Origin: Antedon mediterranea
Lineage: Eukaryota > Animalia > Echinodermata
NCBI RefSeq assembly: GCF_964355755.1
Contig: NC_092670.1
Coordinates: forward strand, 33,344,388 to 33,408,387
Direction of reading: 5' to 3'
Length of the DNA: 64,000 nucleotides
The notes beneath the pieces are model-generated. The model ran no database searches. It had not been told where the DNA came from and saw nothing but the letters and a program-made list of their open reading frames with translations. Below, piece by piece: positions 27,504-41,860 of the stretch (positions within the stretch are counted from its first letter, which is position 1; each line of letters opens with the position of its first letter). Position numbers and translations under genes: made by a program.

Positions 27504-30500
27504 GTAAGTTTAAAAATCCGTTGTATTATAATCCCAGTAAGTTAACGTTAAAGTTTATCTATCGCTAAACGGTCCAATAGCACTCTGTCAAGGAAATCGT
27601 ATTACTACAGTCATTTATACAGTATCAAGTTTATAGGATTTGAGATAGGGAACTTCAGAATACCAGAAAGGCTCATTGGTTTGTGAACCTCTTATCAACC
27701 TAAGTTATCACAAGTTATCACTATAGTAGACGAACGCGAGTTAGTTGCGTTTTCGAGTCACCGAAGGCCCATAGGAACGGCTTCAAGATAATAGGCCTAA
27801 TTTCCTAATATTATTGTGAGATAATGCGCAATATCTTTAATATCAGGACATGATTGAAAGCGTAGGTATTTATATAAGTTGGTAATTGTAACGAAAGACT
27901 TTTTAATCTAAATTATCTTATTTGAGGCCTTGGTTTATTTAGTGTACTGTTAATAGGGATTCACTCTATAACAATTAAATGGAATTTACTACACTAGTTA
28001 TTTATTGCCTTTATACTTATTTGTTTGCAGTATTTTTAATGTTTACAAATCTTAAACAAAAAGGACTACATGGTATTTTTTATTTCAGTTTATTTTCACC
28101 TAATATTATTTTCTTTTCAATTAATTAATTTCCTTAATTTTAATTTCTATTCTAAGTTGCGTTTAAATGTTTATATAATAATATTATACTGGTAGTTAGT
28201 GGGATTGATTATGTTATTCTTACAACAATTTACCTTTTGGCGGAAATTATTTTAATATCTCAAATAATATTTTGAATTGTCTATTACCCTCTATTATTAC
28301 TAACATTGGCTAGTCTCTATTTCTATATAAGACGCAGTATTTTGATTTTCGTATTTTTTAGTATGTTATGTCTAATTTTACATTCTCCAATAAATGATGT
28401 ATAGGCTATAGTATGGACTTAGCCCCGCCGGCCAAAATGTGATAATAGGCCTATATCGCCAACAATATTGCCACAATCGATTGGGAGAGGACACGAATTG
28501 AACTCGATATTTTAGGCCTGTAAAACTAAGGGATTAAACCATTATTTTTATGTAATAAATATATATTAAATAATTAATTTATTATATATTTTAATGTAAT
28601 ATTTAATTTCAACTCCTATGCCTTTATTTATTATACATAGTGTTCTTCATTCATGCATGTACCAGCACGATTTTTATGAGTTAACCTTTATACAGTCATA
28701 GAAAAGAACTGTTATTGTCGACGCTCGTGGTAGGCCTAACAAACTGTTAATGTTCGGCTGCAGTTTTTGTAGTCTTTTGTTTTGCTTTTCCGCTTGTTGG
28801 TAGCTTTTTGCTATAATTGTGGTCGCGTTGCATAAGCAATTGTCAATCACCCTCATTTTATGCAGCCTCGAATGTTTGAATAAACAATAGACGCCCTAAT
28901 GTTATGTAACTTTAAAATAAAATGCATAGACGTACTTCTTGGTATTGTTTGCTAATTGGTGGATTCTTAGAATATAGGCTAATAATAAAATAATAAATTT
29001 TCGAAATTTAACAACTTATATACAAACACAACTAATACTGTAATAGTCGGCGGCGTTAAAATGTTTTCATAAATTTAATAGAAATATCGATTCGGAAACC
29101 ATAAGTTGAAATATTTTCATTATTTGATATTATTACAGTATATTACTGTATAGATAATAGGAAATATAGTGTGATTCCAAAAGGGAATTCACATTAAGGA
29201 CAATTTATTTAGAAATTATCTTATTTAGGATATCTTTGGTTATACAATGGCAATGATTTTTTAGTAAAAACTAATAAGTTTGTTTCTTACAGTTATATGT
29301 CAATTCGTGTTAAAAGTCTCAATTTCGTTTACTTATAACATTAAGAAAGAACAAGTTTTATCAAAATGTTGAATTCTCAATAACAATGCGGGCCTACTAA
29401 ATTAATTTCAACTATATAATTACATGATGCATTGTTATTTAAGGATAATATTTTTAAAAGTTGTACAAAATTTACGCTCAGATGTTTTTGTATGTCCTCG
29501 GTATTTTTCTATTATTCATTTTTCTAGCTTAAATTCTTATTTCATTATTAAAATTGTATAGGATTTCAACTATTTTAGTACAGCTTTAAACAATATACGT
29601 AACATTATGTTTACGGTTTTGGATTTTCTTATTAGTAGCAGTAAAATTAGGACGCTAACTGCAGTACAAACTACAATATTGTTCCGGATAGAAAGGCAAC
29701 GCAATTAATCTGAAAGCGACCGTTTGTATTCCGTCACATTGTCAGTTGCGAATATAGGCCTACACAAGTCCAATGAATTCAACTTTTCTTACTAAAATCA
29801 CCTTTACGGGGGAAACGCAAGAACTTTAAACATAATTTGCTATTCACAAGGCTTTGGTCACTTTGCGTGTACGTCCTTCTGTTGAGTTAGGCCTAAATAA
29901 TCTTTTCTTTCTAAAATCACTTCAAATTACCGTGTCTGATAAGTGGAATGCTAAACTTGTAAGGAATCATTATCAAGTACATATTCTTGAGAGATTAATC
30001 CATTAATTGTACATCACGATGTGATTAAACACTCTTCTTAATGCAAATACATGCATGTCTGTTTATATTGCCATTTATTTATACTTTTAATTTTATCTTG
30101 AAAGAATTTTATCCAAGATACTTCGATACGTCGAGTAAATTATAATCAAAGGCCGGTTAATCTGTGTTTACTCTCTGTTTTCATTTAGGCCTATCTGTGA
30201 TTACAGTAATGGCCTATCGTAATGTAGAATGGCTTTTATTTTCATCCAAACGATTGACTAAAAGCCCATTTTATCGTTTAGGGCCGCCAACGAAATTGGC
30301 CGCATAATGTTAGCCAACTACGGTACATCCACTTCACTGAATATACAATCAATTGAACTCCTAGTAACATTATAAAACCCATAGATATCAACCTAAAACT
30401 TCAATATTAAAACCTAGAAGTGTCAATTGTATCTTCTCACTCGGCGAAAATCGTTCGGCCGAATTAGTTTGCAGTCAGACAAATCTTGCATCTACCACAA

Positions 30501-31096
30501 TTATTAGAATGTATACTCGCCTGATCTGCATGAACAAATATTTCTACAGCAACTTAAAAATATAATTCTTGAATTGATAGTATTGAATTTACTTATTTTA
30601 TATATTTATATTCCGAGTAGAATAATATAAAAAATAAGGAATCTTTGTGAGTGCATGGTACTTTGTACACATTGTAAAACAATAGGTAAAGACAATTTTG
30701 TATTTATGTTTTGCGCAGGACACTATGTTTGGGAATTGGGCTCGAATTAGAAAAACGACCCTCGAGAGTGACCGGCTCGGATGTGCTGGTAACCGGAAAT
30801 CACGCTTTAAAGACGAGATTTAATTATGTAACAACAATATTGTATTGTAAAAGATCACTTCCGTCAGTGGACATAATTATACCTTTGATTGATTTGGTCA
30901 TGACAGATTGTTGGTATTCAATCACTCAACTTTTCATTATATAAGTACGGCAACACCTTCACTAACAAATTTAGAAAACAAATTATTTTATATTATCTCA
31001 AAGGATGAACAAAAAGTCTTAAAGATTTTTCTAAACAATTCTTTAATTTCTTGCAGATTGTCGTCACATTTAAACTTTGTTTTTTCCCAATGGTAC

Positions 31097-31979
31097 ATGG
31101 AACGTCCTGAATCAACCAACTGGTGTGCTGGTGTTGTCAACTCCGAAACCACATCAACGGAACAGACTGAACAGACAGATTTGTCCAGCAACCGATCAGA
31201 GCAGTCAATTCATAGCCCCTCGACCAGCAATTGCGATTCACGTCAATCGACAACTTCTTCACCAGAACAAATCCATCAGACACCACCAAAAGCGGATCAC
31301 AGACGACAGGAGGAGTTAAGACCTGTACTAAGTGACCATCACCATTACACAACAGCGTACTATACACGTGGTATGCCCTCTGGTGTTGTCTTAGGACCCC
31401 TCTCGGAACCAAGCCAATTACTGCCATCAGAGGACGTTGAAGTATTTTTTCATCACCTAGATCAACCGATGCCTACCTCAAGTACTCATTCAAACCTGAC
31501 CACCTCGACCGTTCTCGCGGATCACCACCACCCTTTTAGTCAAATGTATCCGTCACAAGGCGGAATTCCAGTGCCAACCTGTGTGGGGGTTCAGCCTGCT
31601 TACGAAACCTCCCCAGCATCATACATCCACTCAGCAACGAGTCCAGTATACGTGCCAACCACAAGGCCCACCATGCTGACTATGGCTCACCAGTACATTC
31701 AACCAGGTAGCGCTCAGCAGCAGTCACCGGTTCAGTCAAGCTCTCACGTTTGGTCAACACAAGCGGATCCAACGGGGACGTACTCAGCGAATTCCGTCAA
31801 CCAAAGATTTTCTTTTCCGCCTAGCCCTCCGATCAGCTCAGGGACATCGAGACATCACAATGGCCTCAGTCCTTACACACCGTATGTTGGAACAGAGTTC
31901 AGCTCTTGGACAGCCGCTGCATCTTATGACTCTCTACACAATGCCCGTACAAGCGCAGCACTTGCAAACCGACGGCTAG
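31097..31979 (+). CDS. GATA4/5/6: GATA4/5/6-class transcription factor, first coding exon
   Basis: Acceptor ttgcag ends at 31056; ATG at 31097; GATA4/5/6 motifs SPVYVPTTR and RFSFPPSPP; donor g|gtaagc, phase 1. Confidence 0.88.
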
Positions 31980-34900
31980 GTAAGCAATAATATAGTTTTA
32001 AACTTTTTGTTAAAACATTTTCTCTATGTTCAGCAGATTCTATAACTTTTTCTATTTTCTAAATTTTCTATTTATTTGATCAATCGAAATGTTATATTTG
32101 AAAACCTTATTAAATGTTAACACCATCTACTTTAAACTATTGTCGGTCGGTCGATGACTATACCGTAGTTTATTTCAAATTAAACGTTGTGTATGTAAGA
32201 ATTCGGCTTATTATCCTATGGAAGATATACAAATGTAGCTTACTGTCCACTAAGGTTATACGCAGGTAGTTGCACATCACAGCGTTTAAAATACTGTAAT
32301 TATACACAACAATGGTTTTAATCAATCTAAAAAGGGATTGCGACAATTGACGTAAACCAGGCTACATGTCGATGTGAACTGTCCAACTTCTAAATATGAA
32401 GCTTCAGGCCCTGTCTAGACAACTTATCTAAGTTTGATGGGCGTGCCATACCCTTTGCGCCCACTGAGACGGAGAAAGTAAACAGGGATGCAAGTTATTT
32501 ATTCCCGTACATCATGTTGCGTTGAGAAGTTTTTAGCTGGGAAGGTGAAACTTCCATGTTTATTTTTGGTCGCTGTCGTACTTGTATTTCTTACCTAATT
32601 AGTAATTTCCTTGTAGTATAACAAGGTGGTAATATTGATTCATGCAAGGAGTTGTAAGATAATTGTCAATTTAATAACTTTTCTTGATATCTCGGAAAAC
32701 CAAAACCATGGAGGTATTGTAAATGAAATACTGTACGGAAATTGTATTCAGGTTTGGGCCTTGATTAGTGTAAAGCCCGGACTTATTGTTTGTTAATCGT
32801 GGTCGACGCATTGTTTTAAGCAAGCTATTTCGGTCTTTCTTAGATATTCCACAGTGTTTGTATTTTAGGGGGTGTCGTTTTTGATAGTCGTCAATCGGTA
32901 TAACAGTTTAGGCATTCGGCGTGTTATAATAAAGTTGAGTTAGTTTGACAATCTTACGACAAGAAAAATAAACAATAATTATAATATAAATTATCTTCTA
33001 TGTACATTCCTACAGGTAACGATTCTGTTGATTTCACAATAATACACGGCGCCACATTGCAACATGTGTAATAAAATGAGATCTGTTTATTTAAATCCTG
33101 CGTATAGCACTATAAATTATACGTCATGAGGAGCTCATCGGTTATGAAAACTAACACAATTTAACGCGCGCGTTCACAAGTTGATAACAAAATGTTACGC
33201 TCGCATTAAATGTTTAAACTTAGTGTCCAGAGGCAAGGCTTTAAATAGTTTGTCTTTATCCTTTGCCACCGCCACGAGAATCAACTGTAGTACTTTGATG
33301 TCGTCATCGGTTGGTACATTTGTTAATAAACTCGATGGATTTAAGATGAGTTACTGAAAGCTTCTAACGTTTGACATTTTTTTAAACATAGGCCTAAAAC
33401 GAATTTTTAAACTCTAAACTTGGTAAACTCTTGACATATTTCAGTAACTGTTTATCCCAATCAGTAGTTAATTTTGAATTGATTGTAATTACGTTTAATA
33501 GCATCACATTTTAAACAGCGTTGACAACGCCAACTTCATCGCCGTTTAAGCACGCTCACATGTCCAGAGCTGGCGTGTTTAAGGATATGCTGACAGATAC
33601 GAGCGTTTAGCGAGAGCTAACGTGTTAGTGTTGTGATATTTCGTGCCTACATACACAATAGCCTTCGTTAATTGATACTAGTATTCAGTGTTGTGTATTG
33701 TGTAGTAAATGATGCTTGGTTTGGAGTGTGTATGTTAGTATAGGAACGGAAAATAATACCAGTAGGTAGCTAGCTGCGGCAATTTATGACGATTTTCTAC
33801 CTATAGGCCTAAAAATTGAAATTGTACTATTTTCTTTAACGTGTCGGTAGGTGGGGGTGATTCTTTTTTCCGTCGTATATCGTACACAATACACATGAAT
33901 AAACAAATAATAATTAATATTAGGATCAACCAACTTTATTTTATAACTTTAGTGCAATATATACTTACGATTCAATTCATTTTTCAGATCTGATAGGGCC
34001 CTATATTTAATTTTTTCTTTCATATATAGGCCTAACGCTTTTATTTTTGCAAAAATAGAAGAAAAAAAAATCATATTGGGCCGATTTCCTTGTTGATAAC
34101 GATAATAATTCATATATTATTAGATATTTTCATTAAATAAAACATCGAAAAATGTTTAAAATGTATGTACCGATTTCGTCGGGACTAATCCCATGTATCA
34201 TATTAACCGACAGTATAGGCAAGTACCGTACTTGTTGCTGTTTTTAAGTCGGGAACCAGACCACATGTCTTAATTAGCGAATAGTAAAAACAATATATGA
34301 ACCAAACAGCAAACATTTGCCAATTAATTACCTAATTAAAACTTTACACACGATTTGCCAATTAGATTATTACCTCAGTCCTATCCTAACGTTTTTCTAG
34401 TAACGTATTTTACAAATTAGTTACTATTTAACTTCGAATTCAAATAATATTATAGAAACTCGATGCGAATTAACATCTGGGAGTTTTGCTGAAAATATGA
34501 AGCGAGAAAGACCATCACGCATATTTTTTTTTTGTAATTGGAAGATTGGTCATAATAAATACTTATATAATAATTATTATTATAATGCAAAGAATTTAAG
34601 AAAATAAATGTATTGTATAAAACGTTGTTATCGCGAATAAGACAATTTGGCTAATTCGTTTAAACTCTAGTTCTGTTCCGCCAATGATAAATGATGCGTT
34701 CGTATGCCGTGTAGGCCTACAATACTTTATGTTTCACCATATTTTAAATAGTTTTAAGTTTGATCAAATAAAATAAATACATATAAGGGAGATTACGAAA
34801 GCAAAACAACCTAACATACCTACCTTTATGTTTGCATCGTTAACAATTACCGAACATTTAATGAAATAATTTAATGCCTAATTGATAAACGTGCGATCGA

Positions 34901-37743
34901 CACTTTCTCTAATGAAAATGGACACATTGGTATAAAACACTCAACCTGTCACAGCAGTGCGCTGCAGCAACGGCGATCGAGTAGGCTAAACGTTTGATTA
35001 AAAAGGAAACATTATAGGATAGACCTACAGAATAGCTAAACAACACATTCAATCAATAAAATTCTGTCGCATTGAAAGTAAAAAACAACTTTTATTTGTT
35101 TGTATGATTTTAGGCCTATTTTGTTTTTATCATAATTGTTTTGCCGCGTATAATGGACATATACATTTAAACCGTTTCATGTGCCTGGTCCTATCGTGTC
35201 GTCCTTGCCTAAGAAACACCTAAAGCCCTTTCTAATTGTTTTATAGAGACCACCTAAACAAATAATCCCGAAGATTCACTTTAGTTTATCCTAGCTGTCA
35301 AAACAGTATCACTGTGTGTATCTAATTTAAATCTTAAAACTTTCTACTAATTGTTGTAAATATCGAGGGTTAGCCTACAAAACAAGTTACAGAACATCTA
35401 CCACCGGCACTGTAGCCTTGGTGGTGGACATCCCCAACAAGCATGCTATTCCGGCTAAAGATGTATTGTTCCCAAAATAAATGAAAATGACGATTAATAA
35501 AATCATACTTTAAATAGGCCATTTTGCAGTTTTAATAAAGTTATTCACTTCTGTTAAAATAAAATTATTTCACTGCTAAAGACCAAAGAAATGGTTAATT
35601 TTAACACAAAAAAAAACATTTGCCTGACAGACAATTCGCTTTAAATTACATTTTTTTTTCGGGTAAATAATTTTGTTTTTATGTGACATTAAAATGGCAT
35701 ATTCAACAAACAATTTGAAAAAAAAACTCAAAAATATTTAGGGGGACAATATAATATTAAATTACCGTGTTCAGTATTGATAAAATATTTTTTTAAGACC
35801 ACCAAATTTAATGTACCGAAACATTGTGAACAAAATAAACTATACTTGATTTTTATAAGGCACTAACATTTAAACAGCATCTGCAGTTTATAGTCTCCTG
35901 ACTACATACTAAGCGGGTATCCGGAGAAAGTCTTGTTTTCCGGTTACATGAATTTTTATAGGCCCAGAGATTAGAATAGGCCTAACATTAAAAAATGTTA
36001 TTAATGGAAAGGAGTTGAAAATATAAAACAGACAGTAGTGAATGACATTCTTTTATTTTCATTTAATCGTACCAGTTGTGTAGGATTATAAACATATTAT
36101 AGTGAACAATAGTATTCTGTAAAATACCATAAATAGTGAGGCCTACGATGTTTACGACGTAGGAAGGCGGTCGTCGATCAGCCCAACTAGTATCGCACAC
36201 ACGTTAAATTAGTTTATACAAAACGGTGGCACTGTAATTCAGTGATAAATAAGGAATGTGACATTAAATTCGGTTATAAAGATATAAATGTGACATTTTT
36301 ACAGTTAGTTAATGCAAACAGGAGTAAGCCAGATATCAGATAAATAACTGGCCTAACCAGATAAACTTATCTGATTAATGCGTTAATACTAACGTAATCG
36401 TGTTTCTTTTCCGAAACAATAAATTAATATTTAAAATGAACAGAATCATCAACTAAATAAATAGTTATGAACCCTCACTTATTAATTTATTTTTTAACGA
36501 CATTTTTTCAAGATTTTTTGTCTTTGTTTTAAAATTCATAATCATTAACTAGACGAAACTACGTCGCAAACAAATGCTTAAAAATCAATCGAAACTAAAT
36601 ACATTACTGCATTGTTTACGATTTTATAGGCCTAATTTAATTTTAGAAGTAAGTAAATATTGGAACCGTTGTCTTAATTAAACAGCGTTCGTTTTTTTGG
36701 GAGGGCTTTACAAAATCGGGAACCATTCATTTATTATTAACAATGAGTAATAGGCCTGTAACAGTTTTCGTCGTTTCTGGCGTTTAACTGCGCGGTATGG
36801 GGTTACGTTTCGGTACGGTAGGCATAAGTAACAAAGAATCGAAACTTTTAACGTTAATGATTAATACATCGACACACATTTTGGTATAGGAAGAACATTC
36901 ACAATACTCTTTCGGTAGGCCTGATTTTTACCGTTTGTGGATTTGTTGGAAAAGCGTTTGTTTCGAAATTATTTGTACAGTAATATGTTAGTACTGCATT
37001 GTATTTACTTTGGTTGCTGTCGGTTTGTTCGTTCATTTTGACTTTTGAACAAGTCTATTGTTGTTTCGAGTGTTTACCGGCCAAAAGAAAATACTCTTTA
37101 ACTAGTCTTGATATTATACAAGGCAAGGAAGGGCAAAGTTCATAACAATTATTAATCAGTAATTGCAAGAGTAAATACAGTTAAATTTTAAAGGAATGAC
37201 CTTTTAACTATCTGGTTGCTGGAGTTGGGATTCCTCTGGAGTTGCGAAATATTGTATACAAAAACGAACAGTTAAGCAAAAGTTTGTTAGGCAAACTTTA
37301 TCGTTATAAAGACATTAAAGAACGATGTCTTTAGAGTGATGCGAGATACAATTTTAACGTTTATCCGAGCAATTAAAGTGCACAATAATAATCATTACAG
37401 TTTAAAATAATCAGATATGGTACGATAGTAATTTCAAATGTTTGAAATGAATTAATCTGGTGAAAGAATTGACTAACTACTAGGAAAATGTCTGTTGTGT
37501 TTTAATATAATTCAAAATAGCAGGCCTAGTCGACTGCTAAACTGCACAACACTTTATTAATTTCTCTATATTCATTTATTTACCGTATTGGCTGATTTAT
37601 TATTTGAATTACTAACTAAATCATACATTACTATAAGTAAAGTAAATGATATTAATTCGTTGGTAACTATTAAACATGTGCCTATTTAAATAAACATAAT
37701 GTATGCACGGTTACATTTCCTCATTTGTTTAATTTATATGTAT

Positions 37744-37909
37744 GCTTGGTTCCCACTATATAGACGCAACACGAAGGACGTACTGCAACTCAAGTGATTA
37801 ATTTGACCAATCGCAAGCAATGGATTGTTTGAACTGTCGCTTGTCATTGGTCAACTTGTTTGCGTTGCGTCTATACGCCCTTGCGTTGCGCCTCTAGTGG
37901 AAACCAAGC
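37744..37909. mobile_element. MITE family A
   Basis: gcttggttcccacta...tagtggaaaccaagc TIRs with the shared internal sequence. Confidence 0.78.
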
Positions 37910-39661
37910 TTTGATTATACGTAAACAACTTGCGATCATGATATTGAAGATTTATTTTAAATTCGTATGATTGCTTCTAATTCCAATGGTTTCCGAGCAG
38001 CGAAAATAATTCTCAGGAAAGGTTGGTGGCCAGGGAGTTATACCAGCATTGGTATGGCAGTGCAATGACCGATTGCTATCGTTGCCCTGGTAAAACCCGA
38101 CGCCCATATTAAACAATGTAGAATGCCTTGTATAGCGCATAGAGTTCTCCATATAGTCAAACCGAATCCATACGGAATTTAGTAACTCGCAGTACACGTT
38201 AGTTTAAGCGCCAACAAGTAAGGTAATTCTGACAAGCCATCCCACGAACTAAACGAAAGATCTTAAATTGCAGTTCGTATTCTGTAGCCGAACCCAAATT
38301 AAACAAATAAAAAACGATTAAAGACATTATATTTCAACCAATGTTGTGACAGTAATTAATGTAAAATGGCACTGATTATGATTTATGTCATAGAAATGTG
38401 CGCTATATAACTTAAAGTGCTAATGTTATGAATAATTGTCAAGAAAGTTTAATAATACCGAACTTATAAAAGCAGTTAAGTTGATGTGTTGGACTTGTTG
38501 TCCAATACAAAGACCCTGACAAACTATTAGCGGTTTAATATCATATTTTTCTCTGATGGGAGGGCAATAAACCACGTCAAATAGATACCGCAATAAAACT
38601 GTTTGTTCCTGCTATGGTGTACCTTTTGTATCGAAAGGATTTGGTCTTGTTAGGCTCGTAAATACTATAGTATCCTTCTATTGTGTCAGCAAATCGCATT
38701 GTTTAGCTGTTTCGACTTACCGTTTGCATTACTCAATCCTAAAGTGTCACGCTTAACCATAGAAACAAATATGAAAGTTAAAAATACCATGCGGTTAAAG
38801 AAAATCTGGGTTAAGCGGTTTGGTGTGGGATTCTTGATCTGCCGGATAATGACCTGTTTTTGTTGTCTAATAAACAAAACATAATTGTTTAATTTATGGC
38901 AATTATTATCTCTTTGGTTTGTTAGGGGAGGGGGATAATCAACGTTTAGCAGAGCTGAAACTGATAGGCCAAAGACATATAAGTAGGCCTAGAACAGCCT
39001 ACCATATCCTGTTCCTGGGTTATGTAGTTTCTATCTTCATAGTTGTAAAGATACCTTATCGTTTCTTGTTATCGTTTGTGCAATGTTTAAAGTAACCATG
39101 TTTTGTAAAAAGACAACAACGCAACAAATAATAGGCTAAAAATAATGTGATTTTCAAGTAATGTGTTCAAAATCAAAAGCTACTTTTCACGTGTTTTTTT
39201 CAATAACCAATCAAAAATATTCATATTTTTATAACAATGTACCTCATCTGTGGGTTCTGCGAATAGAATAATGTAAACTCAATCGTAGTGCAATTACCGA
39301 AATGAGGTACATACACATGATTACATTGTGCAAATAGCTAGGACGAATACGAAAAGTTCAGTTTGTCATTTTCCATTCGTCAATTGCAATAAGGTCCAGC
39401 TGTCTCCCCAGACTAATAGTTGATAACGAAAGACTTATTTCTGAAATTTAAAACTCAGAATATTTTGGTTTTATCTTAACTCGCTCGATCAATGTCAAAG
39501 CTAAAGGAATATCCGATTTGTCAATCTAGATGGGAGATCTTTCAACCAGTAACGCGAGCCTTGCAAAAAAAAAACTAACATTGTTAGTAATATGACATAG
39601 GTTAAACATATCCAACAAATGACGTATTATTGTCGCACACTGTATTTCATCCAACTTATTA

Positions 39662-40060
39662 AAGGCCCGTTTATACTACGAGGCCTGAAGGCCCGTTTAT
39701 ACTACGAGGCATAAAGGCCCGTTTATACTACGGATGATAACGAACGACGATAGATAAATATAATAAACATTTTTGCATATAATAATTTATAAGTTGTCAT
39801 CTTTAAATCAGGATACCGGTAACCATGTTATACTGTCTTTGATGAAGACAGTCAAAACGCTATCGTATGAATTGTATTGTTCTGATTATTAAATCGTTAC
39901 GTCATTTGATTGGATTTGTTTAACATTATTATTTTCAGTAGGCCTATAATGATTATTCTATATTTCTATGATTTAAACTTTTCTAATTCATTTAGATTTC
40001 TGTAAACAAAAACATGTACTTATCAATTTATCGTCGTTTGTTATTGTTCTATAGTTTTAT
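39662..40060. mobile_element. Old MITE-like element with a triplicated left end
   Basis: aaggcccgtttatactacg occurs three times in tandem; gataacgaacgacgata...catttttg is inversely repeated at about 40006-40054. Confidence 0.55.
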
Positions 40061-40120
40061 TTTTTTAACCACACACACTAATTAAATGAATGCTTGCGTG
40101 ATTTTTTTGTTTATTTATAG

Positions 40121-40159
40121 ATGGCTGCCCTGGAGAAATGTGGACCCCAGATTATGGAG
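40121..40159 (+). CDS. GATA4/5/6: GATA4/5/6 39-bp micro-exon
   Basis: Long T-rich tract ending tatag; DGCPGEMWTPDYG; donor g|gtaaaa; phase 1-1. Confidence 0.7.
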
Positions 40160-40374
40160 GTAAAAACACATTCAATAAACGTTTTTTTATGCAATTTAAC
40201 GAAATTAACGACTTTAAGCCCTAAATGTCTTTTGCTTGCGTCCGTATAGACGATATGCCTACCCATAATCTTCTAGGGAAAAAAAGAAATAGGTATAGGG
40301 TTGTAATATGATATAAATTATGATTTTGAAGTCTCGAACAATTATAACATTTAACTCCAAAATATTACTTTTAA

Positions 40375-40698
<324 letters not shown>

Positions 40699-40824
40699 TG
40701 AAAAAATTATGTTGTTAATTTATATGTTCATGTTTACAGAAAAAAAACTGTATCTTAAAAGTTTTCCAACCTCAATTGCTCTAGGCCTATAGTTTGGTTG
40801 TAATTCGTTCCTTAATTCGTTTAA

Positions 40825-40960
40825 AGCTCTGTCTACACTATCAAATTAACTTTATGTGAAAAAAAAATGTTGTGTTCACATATATATGGACACGATAATA
40901 TGTTTTATCAGTACCATATTTTGGCATCTCTCTACCACATTTGGGCACATCACACGTTTT
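40825..40960. mobile_element. MITE family C, partial copy
   Basis: agctctgtctacac terminus and tttgggcacatcacac shared with 60161-60304. Confidence 0.6.
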
Positions 40961-41734
40961 GTATTCATTTAAATATATTTCCACGAAGTTCTGATAATCG
41001 AACTTTATAGGTTCAAAAACAACATATTGTTAATAAGAAGGTTTTGCAATCATACGAAACGGAACTATATTTTCAGAAGCAATTTTATAGGCCTACTTAA
41101 AGGGAGATGATTGTGGCTGCCCTGCTAACGCAATTGGCCTACGAACTTTTCATGTCACTTTTGTTTAAATTCAACAAACAATTTATGATTGATATGTCTG
41201 CAACACGTATTTTTAAACATAAAAGCACATGTCTAAAAGTAAATAGAATGTTTAGATTTTTTTAACGACTCGTCTTGTATAACAACAACTTACCAACATG
41301 TTCAACTGTTTGTAATGATTAAATTATGTTGAAATATAGTTTCCGTTCGTTCAATTGTTATGATTAACTATTAAGATATTTCATTGAAAGTGTGTCTGCT
41401 TTGTGTTCGCTTCTGGGGGAGGAGGCAGATGTGTGAGACCTTATACGCTCTAACGAAACAGCACATATATATTCTTGTCTTATTACAACTATTTCCCACT
41501 TGTTATAGACCGAATTAATAGTGAAAATATTTGATCGACCTCTGTTCAAATTTATATATGCATGGGTTTTTTGAGCTAGCCGCCTTCGGTTTACCGATTT
41601 CAACTCAAGTATTATACGTATGAAACGCCATGTGTGGCAAAATGTTTATCTTTTTACCAATGAAGTCGAATCGCCATGTAGAATCTAGATTAGTGGCTTT
41701 ATTAAATGGATTTAATTTTTTTTAATTGTCTTAG

Positions 41735-41860
41735 TCTGGATCAAGACGAGAGGGCATTGCTTGTGCTAACTGCAGAACATCTACGACAACACTTTGGCGA
41801 AGGAACAAAGAAGGTGAACCCGTTTGCAACGCATGCGGACTATACTACAAACTTCACAAT
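41735..41860 (+). CDS. GATA4/5/6: GATA4/5/6 C-terminal zinc finger exon
   Basis: [42 protein letters not shown]; phase 0-0. Confidence 0.97.

Noticed and set aside
30908-31096. N-terminal 63 codons of the 360-aa ORF in the track
   Set aside because: It starts at TTG and runs through intron-like sequence with a clear acceptor at 31056; the first in-frame ATG is at 31097.
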